Shown piece by piece: positions 1 to 13,593 of a stretch of DNA of 64,000 bases. Positions within the stretch are counted from its first letter, which is position 1; each line of letters opens with the position of its first letter. A program made the position numbers and the translations under genes. The notes below the pieces were generated by a model that worked only from the letters and a program-made list of their open reading frames with translations, had not been told where the DNA came from and made no database searches. Source of the stretch: Azolla caroliniana. Taxonomy: Eukaryota; Plantae; Polypodiophyta. The stretch lies in assembly GCA_043228905.1 (NCBI GenBank), contig JBHGNT010000015.1, positions 15,252,001 through 15,316,000 of the forward strand. The letters run 5' to 3'.

Positions 1-1568
1 CGATAAAATCTCTTGTTGTATAATATAGTGCCAACATACAAGTCCATCTTGGGGGTCCATCTGAGAGGAACCAGTAGATGTAGCCCATAAACTTCATAAG
101 GTATGAATCACTTCTGTCCAAATTAAAATCATGTTTTCCATCATAGAAGATGGCTCTCTAACAACATATGACAATATCTATTCTTCTAGATGCAGCAAGA
201 GTGACACATAAAACTGTAGAAAACATTTTGTGTCTATCCATTGTATGTGAAAAAGGTGCCACTATATATGGAAATATAAAGTGCATATAGGGTTTACAGT
301 GAAAATAAGCAAGAAAACAGTATGAGTTTCATGTTGTCTTGTGAGCCACCAAATGGTTCCCGGCTAACCATAGACATGCAAGCCAACCTTAGATAACAGA
401 AGATAAGTAGGTTGTCAACCCAAAAAACAATATTGGAAATTCAATGACCCACGAGAGACCATCAATTTGGCCAATATGCTGAACCCACAGAACAACCAGG
501 AATCTGGCATGTACAAGCATCCTAATAATGTGGATAATCCTTTGGGAGTTCTTAAAGTCCAAATATAGATCAGTTATATCTGAAGGAAGAAAATTGATAA
601 TCTAACAGTGTCCGATGTACAGAATCTCATTACTTCAGATTCAACCTTCTTTATGCAAGAAGATGTGAGGCTAAAACTGAAAAAAAATATCCTGCATTGT
701 GAACCATGAGCAGATGTCCAAAACCTCATATCTGAATGAGATACAATAGGGTCGATCTGGAAAAAAAATTGATGATGTCTCAGATCTGCGGAACAATGTG
801 GAACAATGCAATTCCATAAGAAATAAACTACAGTCTCATAATGTTGTGGCACCAAATAAAGACAATACTTCAATCATTTGTTAGGTACATAAATGAATAT
901 TAATGCTTACAGAAGACTCAATTATGACTATTATAAACTGTACAGCTCCTAAACAGTCGCAAAATAAGATGTATAGATATATGAATTGATACATGTCAAA
1001 ATAAGACATTATATATAAGTTCTGATCATAGGCAGCCAGACACTATGCCAGCAGCTGATCATCAACATCAAAACTTTCTGCTCCAATCATATTAACAGCA
1101 TGCAGTTGGATAGGGAGCTGAATAATATCACATGCAGACATCTTTCTTAACATTTCACGACAATGTGACAAAGGAGTGGAAAATATGCTTTAAGAGTATC
1201 TAAAAAACATTAAAGTAACTTTTGTCCATTATGTTTATTTTATGAAACTGAGTTGATAAATTTGTTGGGAATAAAGGGCCCTCGTGCCTTTTATTAGTGC
1301 ACGAGTGTGAACGCACTCATAGCACATTTTGACTTGTATATACATAATATCTAAAAAACCAAAAAAGTGGTACACTCTTTGTACCCAAGACAGCGTGCAT
1401 CTCTCTCTGTCCCTTTGTCTCTCACTCAGACTCTCTCCCTCTCTGTTTTTTACCTAAACCCTAATCCTCATGCTGCCTTCAAAATTGGTGGTCTTCTTTA
1501 TGATGATAGCACATTATATTCTTACATTTAAGCAACAGTCAAATGAGTAAAAGTAGCAATTGTTTTAC

Positions 1569-4500
1569 CTCTTGTAGATGGGTCTTCTTAATGAACTCTA
1601 TCTTTTCTTCGGTCATAATTAAACTCTGCTTGAGAGACATTAGCTGAGATGTTAATTCATCAGCAATTTGTTGTGCTTCTTGCTTCTCTCTACTAATCTG
1701 TCTAGCTATCTGTTCTTCGTTGCAATGTTCTTTCTCAAACAAGTCCTTCTGTAATCTTAAATTTTCAGTTTCAATCTGCATGATTTCCTCCCTTAAAGAA
1801 ATGTTTTCATCTTTCAATCGTTTACATTCCTCATCAAGACCAGGTGCATCCGTGGTAAAGATTTCTTTAAATGATGATCGAAGATGTGAGTCAATAGGGA
1901 CTGAAATTTTTTCTTCAATGAACCCACATTCTTGTGAATTTTGTACTTTCACAGTGTTGCATTTATAAATGTCTTCCTGGGTAGAAGGATTTTCTGCTGA
2001 ACTTTCCAGAAATGTAGTTTCTTTTCTGAAGGTAACTGAGAGTGAATCTCAAAATCAACATTCATATACATAGCTAATCTAACAAGAAGAACAGGCATAT
2101 CATCTTGCTATACCTACCTGATTTTTCTTTCTTTTGGCCTGAAACTTCGGGTGACATAAAAAAGTTATTCAAATGCCTCTTTTGTGCTATATGAATTGGT
2201 TTTGATGTTGAAAGACAAGATGGATGGTATTCTCCAAACTCAGAATCATCATGTGGCATATCAGAAGAATTTGATGCAGTAGAAGGTCTACATTCTGAAT
2301 GATCTCCTCCATTGTTAGATTTGCCAAGCAGGGATAAAATATCATCCATTTCATCCTTCATAAAATACCACAACGCCACTTTCAGACGCTTTCACAGAAT
2401 TTCTCATCAGAAAGCAAAAAAACATGACACTTGTATTATGCACAGGATTACAAGAGATGAAAAACACAATAACCAGACGTTTGATAGGCAGACAAGATCA
2501 ACTAAACTATCGAATACAAACAATTATGCTCTCAACAGGTGAACCAGTTAGTATAATTTAAAAGTCAGATGAACAGCTATATGCTTGCTGAAATAGGATA
2601 TCCAAGATGGAAAGGCCATTACTCCAATACCAGGAAGTGAATTTTAATTGGCAGAAAAGACAAACTAAACTATCAAAAAAAACAACTATGCTTCCAGTTG
2701 GCAGAGCTGCTAGTATGATTTCCAAGAAATATGAACGGGTAAAACCTTGTTGAAATAGGATATACCAGATGGAAAGACCATCACTCCAATAATAATAATG
2801 CTGTCTCTACTTCATAAGTATCTAGCGATTAACTCTCAAGTCCTACGTGATATTTTCATACAATCAGTAAAGAGAATGATTTATTTGCATTTGTGACATT
2901 TCTTCTCTGATAGATCATTCTTGAATCAAGTAATTTCAATGTTCTTACAAAAGCTAAATTGACCTTAAATGCACTTCTTTTATGTGAGGTCTTTCTCATT
3001 GCAATACCACAAGTAGCAATTCTGTCATGCTACTCGCTGAAGTACCACCAGCTTTAAGGAAGAATGGAAATGGGATGCGAGAAGAAACATGATTTTAACA
3101 TACCATCCAATTGGAAATGTAATTTGCCCACAGACAAACAATCTTGATTAAGCACTATTGGAGGGTGACAGCCCCAGGACAAACCTCTCCCTTCTACGCT
3201 CTCTCTAGACTCATTTTTTCTCTCTAAATTTACTTTATTCCAGCATTTATTTTATTTGACTTTCTGAACCTACTACCAGTTCATTACAACACTTAAGATG
3301 TAATTGCTTGTTTGGTTTTATAAGCCATTTTGGCCTCTTAAAAGATATTAATATATCATTCTTTCTCCACTACTCTAACTCATTACATACCTAGGCATTT
3401 TATCCCCTTCCATAAATGCATGTGTTACAAAACCCTCTCACTTTTGTATTTAAAGGCTTTGACCGTAACTAATATATATAGTTCTTCCTAGTTTGTTTTT
3501 AAGCTGTTGCTATCCTCTTTAGCACCTTACAACTGTTTGTTACAATTTTCTCAGATGGTACCAACGTGTGTGATTTCTCCATAACCCCCATTCCTATATT
3601 CTTTTCCTAATCAACTCAGTTTTCTTTGAGCAAACAACCATTTGTTTCTTTTTTGTTTCATTTCCATCCCTTCCACCCTATGTAGAATGCTCTCCAAACA
3701 GCCATATATTGTCTTACTTAAACTATCATTTGGGGAACGGTTCATGTGTGAGAAAAGCAGTTAATAGCAGCAGCAGCACAGTTGTAAGAAAAAATACACA
3801 GCCAAGCTGTGAGAAGGCCTTTAGACAGCAGTAGTAAAATAGTTGCAAAAAGTAGAGACACAGCCAAAGAGCAGAGCCTGTTTGCAAGTAGCAGCGAAAA
3901 ATAAAGTTCTTACAAAAGAGGCTGGTATAGCCTATTTATACAAAAGTGGGGAACGTGGGTGAAATGGTTGTTTGGTAGTTAAGTGACTATATTGTACTAC
4001 CAAACAGATACAATAAACGAGGAATAAAAGGGAAATATCTTGGAAAAGTGGAAGAGTTGCAGATTCTAGAGAGAGAATAATCTAGGAAGAGAGACTGTAG
4101 AAGAGAGATAATAAAGATGAAAGAGAGTGCAGGTCTGGAGCTGCCACCCTCCAGCATCATGGACAGCCCTTGTGCAATTAGTTACAACAATCCGTCTATA
4201 GATTTAGAGGAGGGATACATGGCTTCCAATGCCACTATTATCTCTTTCACTATTCCTCAACTTCCCAAAGAGTCTATTGTAGATGAAATCAGCTATCTAG
4301 ATTGGGAATTGCATACGATGACCTCAAAATAATACCGTCGTTTATGGTTTGTAAAAGGGATTGCGCCCAATCTTAAGGGTGCTTCTATTGTTTCATCTTC
4401 AACACCCACACAAGTTACAATTGACTCTTGGCTGGACAAAGATGGTCTTGCTCATGCTTTCATGCTCTTCAACATGAAATCTCAAGTTACTCGTCAATTC

Positions 4501-7500
4501 CTTGACATAGTTGATGAGACAGCTAAAGAGTTTGTGCATCGCTTGATGACCAAGCGCCCAAAAACTTTAGAAACACTTTGTGACACAATTTCCCTTCTTC
4601 TCACTACTCCCTTTTTTAATATGTTTGCATGGATGTTACAAGATAGAGCTTTGAGGTGAGCGAGCACTTCTCTTCTCCATGTTAAAGGCAAAAGCAAATG
4701 GAGTTCCTCTCTTAAAAATAGTAAAACTTCATCAAAACCAAGCGACAATCCAACCCACAGACTTTACTTGTCACTAGTGTGGATATAAAAGCCATATCCA
4801 GCAGGATTGCCACAAAAAGAAATGAGATAGTGCCACAAAGGCAGAATCAACCAACCCCAAGCTCGCATCTAGATGTAACACTAGTCATACAATCGAATAA
4901 ACAGTTTGCTTAGGTATCATCACTAATTCTTCCTCATGCAGGCCCAAATTTGACCTTTATCATGCAGGCAATCAGTGAGATCAAAGGTCTCTCCAAATTT
5001 GTCCAGTTACGTACCCTATGAAGGACCCAAATTTCTACTCTTTAGAGAAAGGTTGATGTTGCAAGCGTTAAAAAACCACAATTTAGTTCTTGGTTACAGA
5101 ACCTGAAAATCAAGCACAACCAGTCTTCCATAGAAGAACCAAGGCCTTATAAACATTACTCCTAGATATGTGCAGGATAGTGTGTATGCCACTTTTTCCT
5201 CTCTCAAGAAGAATGTAGGAAGGCAATTTGCTAAATTAGGTCAATTTCTCATTTTCACATTTTCTTTTGTTTTCTTTTGCTTTTATTTTCTGGTATTATC
5301 TTTGCTATGGCACAAGATTGAATATCTTTCATTTTCATTTATATTTTCATTTTCATTTTTGCTTTTGTTTTCGTTTTGATTTTGATCTTGTTTTGTTTTC
5401 ATTTACGTTTTCAATGATGATGATGATTTTTATTTTGAGTTCTCATTTTATTTTTGTTTCCATTTTCAACTTCATTTCTATTTTCATTTTGATTCACAAT
5501 TTTTTATATTATCTTGGTTCAAGGAAAGGGAGACATTTTAACACACTAATTTCAGATATTACCACTTCAAATTTCTAAGAACATGCCTTTTTAGAGACCA
5601 TAGGATCATGTACATCCTTAGTCGAATTAGTAGAATGCAGTTCATCATCTCTCAAACTTGCTGGCTCTAAATTATCTGAAGAATGGGAGGACCACTTGGA
5701 CTTGTATTCATCTCTAAATGCAAATCAAAAAATTGTTGTCAACGAAATCTTGATCACTAAATTCATTAAATGATAAATTCAATAAACCTTCTATGAGGTA
5801 GCATATGAAAATTAAAAATCAAATTCTAGAATAATGAAATCCATGATTCTAAAGATAAACTTGCGCAAATGGATGGTTGAAAAGTGGTGCATGGTCAACT
5901 TTATTCCTAATAAATAATAATATGTAACATGGTCTTTACATTATGTTCATAGTGATTGAAACATGTGTTATTGTAACCCAAAACGTAGAGTTTTAACACC
6001 ATATTTAATTTGCTCATAGTTTTGGATATGACAGGTATCCAAAGATAAAAACACCCATGAGGAAGACCGGGCCTATCTGGAACCTAAAGCAAGAATGAAG
6101 CAAAGGGCTTTCCTGCTCCTACACAGAACTTCTACAGAGAGGCAGAGTGGTAATCCTATTTAAAATATACCACAAGATATTTAACGTATTCCTTGAGTAT
6201 GACAAGCACTGCAAAGTAATAGATTAGAGAGTTTGGAGGTGTACCTAGATTTCCTCAATGGATCAGGGTTGTTTTCGATCTTGTCTCCAGCATTAAGATT
6301 TTTCATTTGGTTTCAAATACAATTATAAACTTGCACAAATCCTCCATTGTGTTGGAAATTAAAGCACCTAGTTTGAACTCCTCACACACTTTAGTTGGAT
6401 TCCCAAAGAAAGGCATTAAATGGGTCACAATACAATGGAAAAGATCATATATCCTTTCTATGCCATTATTAACTTTTCTTTTCCTTTGAAAAATAAAAGG
6501 TACTTGGGAAGTGGAATATAGGTAGCAACTGTTGAATGGTCATAGGTGAAACTCACAAAAACAGATTGGCAATGACTTACAGGTGTGTATTACACCGACC
6601 AACAAAACTAGCATGATCATCCAAGTTTGTGCATTGAGCATGTAAGTAATGAAAGTCTAAAATGCATATATCTTAGCAGAGACTCAAATCGTGATTTTTG
6701 CAAAGAGCTTTCATTTCATATCCATGTAAGGGATTGCCTAAATATGGGAGACTACTGACTAAGTTGATCTAGAATTGCTAATTCTTAAAATATAAGGGAT
6801 AATATGATAGAATCAGCTTGTCGTGTCCATTCACACAATGTATTCTTATATCGTACTCTAAAGTTTTGTAATATAAATGCTTCAACATATTTCATAATGT
6901 GAGAGTTTATGCATAATTCAGTAACAAGTATGACATATAATCTATAAAACTCACCTTTGAGTGCTCTTTACTTCCAAATGACCACCTTCATTAATATCAA
7001 TTTCAGATGAATTTTCGGCCAGAAAACCAGCAAGCACATCATTTGGGTCTTTGATCTTAGAGAAAATGGAAACCTTCTGATTCGATGGCCCTAAACTTTT
7101 AGCAGATTCAATACTTTGTGCTTTAAATGGTGGAAGTGAAATATTATGCCCTGTATGGATATCAGCTGATAATATGCTGCTATTGGTATCAAGATTCCTT
7201 GCAGAGTTTGGCTGATCCCTAAATGATGATATCCTCTTTTCTTTAGAAAAAGATTTGTCACCTAATATTCCTATATATTTTATCAAACGCAATCACATTA
7301 GGATTGGCACTCCATGACTTAAACATACCACAAAATGCTGATGCAGAACAGCGCAAATACAAGAAAGATATAATCTGGCCCGAATATAGGCCCCCCCAAT
7401 GCACAGGTTCCCTCATCCATGCTTGAGATATGGTTGCATGCTCTCTGCTGGGTAGTTATGAATGCCTGTGCTTCACAATCTGATCACATGGATCAAGCTA

Positions 7501-9347
7501 GAGGCTATGAATGGCTATTTCTCTTCATTCCAGAATCTCTCTGATCTCACAGATCAAGCTAGAGCATCTTGGGCCTCAGCCGAGTATGAATGAACCTTCT
7601 AGACAGAAACAACCTCTACTCAAAAACAGTTAGTTGAGTGTACTGCAAACGCATTTTTGTTGTTATTCATTCAAATAGTATGATTATTGGATTAGGATAG
7701 ATCCTTGTTATAACATTTCCACGTGCCAATTAGAATTCATGAAGGCCTCATTCTAATGCAATTTTGCATGCTACACTAATTTAAAAGTTAATGACCTAAT
7801 TTGACTCAGAAAAAACTCCATTTCATGCACTCAAAGTAATGTGCTTTACCACATAATTTCTCGAATGTCATCAATTTCCACAGATCTAATGTGGTTCATG
7901 CAAGATAAACGAATATACAAGACAAATGTTCAATTTGACTGACACCATTTTCTTTCTTCATGCTGCAAAATAAAATGGGGCAGTATTCCTATCCTATAAG
8001 GATGTTTTAGAGGTGCTACATCGATCCCAAAGCCTTGTTTATTCCTGGCTTTTATGTAGTCCCCGCATGGGGGACACATGTAGAAGGTAAATAACTCATT
8101 TCAGAAAGACAAATTTAGGTTTTCATACATGTAGCTTTGTATGAAAAAATCTGGCAGCGTCCATTTCTAAACAACGTATTTTAGAAGTAGCACATCATTC
8201 ATAAATCTTCATCAATTCCTTGCTCTCATGTAGTTCAGGCATGCCAGAATGTAGCATGTAAAAGTCCAATTGTTCTGAGACAGTTCCTTCATGCATGTGT
8301 TAATACAAAACAAGATGTGGAAGCATTCCTTTTCAAAGAATATAGTTTATGTACCACATCCTCAACAAAAGCTCACCAATCTCTTACTGATGAATGTAGA
8401 AGGTAAAGGTATAATTAGCGAAGACAAATTTCTACCTTCCCACATGCAAGACACTAAGACAAGGTAATCCACCTCCATGAATGCTAAACAAAATGCACCA
8501 GGAATTATTCTCCAAGTAATGTTATTTATGTACCACAACTTTATATCCGCTCTAATGAGAACAAATGAATGAAAAACTCCTCACAATTAAGTAGGAGTTC
8601 ATGTATGCCAAAGAAAAGATCCAATTGACTATAACCAAATATCCTTCTCCCCTTCAAGAGTGTAAGATTCCAAAAAAATAGTATCCTGCGGGGTATTACA
8701 ATAAAACTCATCTTAATGCAAAACACTAAACGTGTTTCTTTTCTAACAGTACATTTTATGTTCCACAACATTCTTAATGATATAGCGAAACATCATTTCT
8801 CAGTGGTTTAGAAAGAATCTAAACCAGTTCTCCCATTGTGCAAAACTCCAGGATGAGCAATTTCTCATCAAAAATATGATTTCACCGTTATTAAGCTAGA
8901 ATATATTAAAATGACATATACCAAGCTAAAATCAAACCCTATTTTTCCAGATGTTTCATGCACATGCATTATTCTAAAGCCTCGTCACAATGTCACTTTA
9001 CAGTTTTTTAGTTAGATGATATGAAAAGGAAAAGGAAAAAAGGAACCTAACTTCGAGAATTGACTCCCACAAAAGCATAAGAAGTATCTGAAGCATACCT
9101 TCTTCTTGGAAGAGAGCATCTATCTCAGCTTGATCATTGCTCTTCGCTGCTAGGGATGATGTCTTGATGGTTTTCCAGCCTGAAATCGAAAACAAACCAC
9201 GTTTGAGAGGGAAATTGACAGGAGCCACGTGATGATAAGAGAGAGAATGTGTGGGAAAAGAGGAAACGTTTGCAATATGATACCTGTGTTTGGCGATGGC
9301 GAAGATTTGGAGAGGAGAGGCGCATCAGCGAGGGAGGCGAGCGACAT
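1569..9347 (-). CDS. Multi-exon gene for an uncharacterised Ser-rich protein with a C-terminal coiled coil; 3' exons unresolved
   Basis: Phase-consistent exon chain on -: 9347-9284 (ATG MSLASLADAP...), 9179-9099, 7270-6955, 5713-5587, 2355-2118, 2035-1569. All acceptors are AG and donors are GT, except a probable GC donor at 5586. The last exon encodes heptad-like EECKRLKDENISLREEIMQIETENLRLQKDL. Further exons below 1569 could not be fixed. Confidence 0.7.
2500..2790. repeat. Degenerate intronic tandem duplication (~160 bp x2)
   Basis: aactaaactatc...tgaaataggata...agatggaaag.cca..actccaata occurs twice (from ~2500 and ~2663). Confidence 0.65.
3159..4153. mobile_element. Intronic segment bounded by imperfect inverted repeats (degenerate TE, or two opposed LTR relics)
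   Basis: tggagggtgacagcccca (~3159) versus the reverse complement of tggagctgccaccctcca (~4137-4153), with weaker CT-rich similarity extending inward. Confidence 0.4.
4330..4830 (+). mobile_element. Decayed Copia gag relic in an intron
   Basis: WLDKDGLAHAFMLFNMKSQVTRQFLDIVDETAKE resembles Copia gag. A broken CCHC knuckle CH*CGYKSHIQQDC lies at ~4770-4810. Confidence 0.55.
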
Positions 9348-9844
9348 TGCGATGCAAAGGCAAGGAAAAGGAAGAGAAGAGAAGAGAAGGAAACTACTTC
9401 AAAACCAAAGCAGGCGGTTCTTCATTCAGGGAAGAAAGAAAAAAACCATACATAACATATGCATGATAATACATAGTATGAACCATACGTTCATTCTCAT
9501 TCGCGAATGTTTGATTTCCTTCGAGTGTGGTAAACATTCACGAAGTATGGTAAATACTAAATACCATACTTTTGTATTCATTATTTATTATAAACTAAAC
9601 TTTTGCTAAGGTAGGAATGTTTAGGTCAAAAAAGTGTAAATATATATTATATATAAGAATGTTTTGATAGCATGCGCATTCGTTTTCATTCGTATGAAAC
9701 CAAAATGCTTGCTAATGCATTCAGAGTATATTATGTACTATGCATGATATTTTGTTTATTTTGCAACCAAATATGTAAAAATAAAGAGGCTTGATGAGGG
9801 AGTGCAATAATCCCTTGTGATTTTGCACTATCCCCATCATTATG

Positions 9845-10060
9845 ACTAACCCGACCTTGTCGAGCTTCCTTTATCACGTCTCACCCAGGCCAATGAATTT
9901 TCTAACCTAGCTCTATCCAACCTTTGTCACGGTTGACCCGCCTCTGTCACGCATGACCCGGCTTTGTCTAGCCTTTGTCCTTTGTCACGTCTAACCCGGC
10001 CTTGCCCTTCCATCTGACTCGGCTCTGTTCTTGCCTCTACCACGTCTAACCCAACCCAAA
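9845..10060. repeat. Degenerate ~20-bp minisatellite
   Basis: Recurrent ctttgtcacgtctaacccggc-like units. Confidence 0.5.
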
Positions 10061-10725
10061 CTTGCTAGCCCAGATGCCTTTTTTCTAACCCCAGCCGAGT
10101 TTGTAATCAGGCTACCTGCATCCAACCCGTCTGAAGAAACTAGAAACTTCAAAAGCTTCTAAGATCACCAAAAATAAATTTAAAACACATTCAGATATCA
10201 AAATCTCTGAGTTTGAGATATAAAAACTCCACTCACCAAAAACTTGGGCCATCACAGAATGTAAACAAAAAAGTCATAGATCATTGCAAACACCTAACCT
10301 TCTCACATTCCATCAACCATAAAAATTTTGGCCACCAAGAAAAAACATGGGAGCGACTAGAAACTTCAAATATCACAAGATTTCAATCACGAAAAGCTTT
10401 AAAGATCGCGCATATGCTGCAAAACCAAATACTTCAAATATCATGAGAGACCAATAATCCAGATTTTTAGATTGAAACAATTTTCACGACCCATTCTCAC
10501 ATGGAACTACATCATAATATGTTGCATTAGCACATTGATTACAAAGCCCAATATTCACTCATCGTACATCATACTATTTACCAACATTAACTCTTCATAT
10601 ACAACACCAAATCAAAATTGAAATTCCAACGAGCAAAATAGAATAAAAGTGTTGAATCGACAAAATTTTGATTTCTTCATTATCAATTGTTTGCATTTAA
10701 AAACCCTTAGTGCAATTTCTTCGTT

Positions 10726-10900
10726 ATCAATTTTGATTTCTTCATCAAAAAGTAGGATAGGCAAAATATCAAATTTTACAACATGATCTGGCAAATATCA
10801 GGATTTATATTAGGAATCATCATCAATTTTGATTTCTTCATCAAAAAGTTGGATAGGCAAAATATCAAATTTACAACATAATCTGGCAAAATATCATGAT
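10726..10900. repeat. Tandem duplication (~96 bp x2)
   Basis: atcaattttgatttcttcatcaaaaagt.ggataggcaaaatatcaaattt.acaaca..atctggcaaa occurs twice. Confidence 0.75.
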
Positions 10901-10909
10901 TTACGATAT

Positions 10910-11950
10910 TGTGGTGTGCATGTGTTCATTTGTGCTACCTAAGCCGACCCACCCTTTTAGCACACCCTTTTTAGCTAAGCCAACCCAAATGGGTACATTT
11001 GTGTGAACTATAAATTGAGTAGGAAGTAAGAAGCTAACTAGGTTGGTTTTGATCTCTTATGTGCATTTCACATATTGGTGGAGAAGTGGAGTACCAGTCC
11101 CCCACGTCCAAGCATCCACCTCTTCCACCTCACCTTAGGTTGCCCAGTAACTTCTTGTCCCACGAGTTTCCCCGATCCCCCTCCTACACGATAGCCCACT
11201 TGTCCCCCACCTCAACCAAGTCCAGGTGGCCCTCAGTCCACAGGAGCGATTGATCTCTATCCGCCTATAGCCCTCATGTCCCCCACCTTAGTCAAGTCCA
11301 AGTGGCCCTTAGTCCATAGGAGCGATTGATCTCTATCCGTCAATTGTTAGCTCGTACATGATAGCCCTCTTGTTCCCCACCTTAGCCAAGTCCAGGTGGC
11401 CCTCAGTCCACAGGAGCTATTGATCTTTATCCGTTGTTTGCTAGTTCATTTTCCGTCACTAGCCCCTTCCAACTATTAGGGTTGGCAGTTCCGTGGGGAT
11501 GTCCTCAACGCCGTTGTAGCTCAACTCGGTGTCCAGCTGATGTTTACGTCCCCGTACCATCCTCGGACAAATGACCTCATTGAACGCCTCAACAATACCC
11601 TCGAGAAGGAGATTGTTGCTTACATCAATCCACACCACAAAACCTGGGATCAAATCTTGCCTTTCGTCACCATGCCTACGATACATCCGTACAGGCGTCG
11701 ACATGGATCAACCCTTTTCGAGCACTTTATTGGCGTAACCCCACCTCCCACCAAAATTGTCCATTATTGTCCATTCGAAACCTGCCAACATGGATCATGC
11801 CACTTGGGAACTCTATCTCCAAAAGATGCTCCCCCTCCTTCGACAAGCCATTGCTCATGTTCATGCTCTGGTACTTTTGTATGAACTATAAATTGAGTAA
11901 GAAGTAAGAAGCTAACTAGGATGATTTTGATCTCTTATGTGCACTTCACA
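10910..11950 (+). mobile_element. Small internally deleted Gypsy LTR element relic
   Basis: Direct repeats ending ttcaca at ~10998-11070 and ~11876-11950. PBS-like tggtggagaag follows the first repeat. Integrase fragment PYHPRTNDLIERLNNTL...WDQILPFV at 11540-11670. Three internal ~85-100-bp repeats at 11190-11430. Confidence 0.65.
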
Positions 11951-12940
11951 ATATGGATAGGCCCAAAACACAAGCAACCCATTTGGTGATAGTAATGCAT
12001 AGAAGCTCCATGTCATCATGTCCAAACCAATGCTCATGCCCCTATCAAATAGCAAATATAAGAACCCACATATCATATCAACAATTAGAAAAAAATGAAG
12101 TTGGAAGACACTTATGAAATCCGGAGATCCCAAGCCCTATGTGAACTCCTCCACTCACATAAGAATAGTATGCATTACATAATATCGATAGTAAGACCCA
12201 ATGGGTTAAGTTGGGATGTGGAGTTCGTGATGTCGGTTCTCTGGTATGTTGCAATGGTCTCAAAGCAAGCAAAAAGTCTAAAATACACATAAAAGAAAAG
12301 GTTTGTGTTTCAAATTGATTCAAGAGAGGGAAAATGATTTGGAAGATGGAATGCAACACACTTGCTTTATGATACATCCGATGGATTCCTATTGAATGAG
12401 ACCTTTTTGCAATGCCAAGGTATCATGGCATAGAAAAAACGCGAAAACTCACACTTCACACATTATACTACATATGTTCCACCTAACTATGAAACCATAT
12501 TCTTCGTTGAACAAGGAAACTGTGCACATTGATGCATTTAAAAGCGTATATTGTTGTTTTCCACTTGAACCATTGCTTCTTTCTATATGACTTAGTTCAC
12601 TCACTTCAATGTAAGATGGGATGCTAGGGTGATGAGTTTGGTTGACCATGCACTATTTGTCCCAAACAAGTTCGGGAGATTAAGTATCACACTTCGATAG
12701 AATCCTATGCGTTTGATTGCATTCATCTATGCTTTCCAATGCTCTCCACACATCTTTAACCAAACCCAAACCTTACATGATTTTCTCGGGCAGCCACAAT
12801 GTGCACTCTCAATTGTGACCTTCATTAAGCAAGTCATTGAACATTGAGAGTCACTGCTCACTTTCACATGTATTACATGATAACGTTATTTTACGTGGTC
12901 ATAAAGGTCATAGTTGACCTCTGAAGACGATTATGAAATT

Positions 12941-12942
<2 letters not shown>

Positions 12943-12996
<54 letters not shown>
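12943..12996. repeat. (CT)n microsatellite
   Basis: Perfect CT run of ~27 units. Confidence 0.95.
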
Positions 12997-12999
<3 letters not shown>

Positions 13000-13465
13000 T
13001 ATTGGAGTTGTACTCTAGTGCCAAGTTAAGCCATGTTTTCTGCTTCTAATCCATTCTTCAAAGCACAAGTTTCATTGTTGTACCGATTTAGTGAACTACA
13101 TTATGAAATGTAGGTAAACATTTGACCTTGTGGATCAACGTTCAAATTTGTTGCAAGCTAAAGTGTTCAATGAGATGCTATTATTGATCATTAGTTGACA
13201 TGTGCATGCATGGTGTCACAACTACGTGGACACAATCACTCTTGAGTTTTGAGTCCTGAGAGTCCATGTCCGAGTCCCTCTCCCTTCTTTCATAGAAATA
13301 TGATGAGAATGAGAAGTTTCCAAAGTTTTGAGTCTCGAGTCCGAGTCTCTTCTCTCATAGATACGATGAGAATGAGGAGGGGTACCCAAAAGTAGTGAAA
13401 GTTTAAGTGTGTGTGTTTGGGGAAGGGACTGGTGTGAATAGACTTAAAGTTAAGGACACGCCGGC

Positions 13466-13520
13466 TAGGGTTTATCTCGTATAAGCTTCTCCTTCCGCAC
13501 TTCCTTCTGTTCTTCCTTTT
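13466..13520 (+). promoter_or_regulatory. Telo-box and pyrimidine-rich (TOP-like) start region of RPL15
   Basis: TAGGGTTT (reverse complement of AAACCCTA) at 13466-13473, followed by cttctccttccgcacttccttctgttcttcctttt. Telo-boxes are typical of plant ribosomal protein promoters. Confidence 0.6.
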
Positions 13521-13593
13521 CGACGCAGACACAGACGCAGAGAGAGAGAGAGGGGCTCGATCAGGCACACGCAGACGGAGCAGCGTCGTCTCG

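Noticed and set aside
1-873. Additional exons of the coiled-coil gene
   Set aside because: Several candidate acceptors exist, but none could be chosen with confidence.
5170-5578. Phe-rich ORFs
   Set aside because: T-rich low-complexity intron sequence.
11950-12900. Possible DNA-transposon coding relic
   Set aside because: Short broken frames with no motif I can assign.
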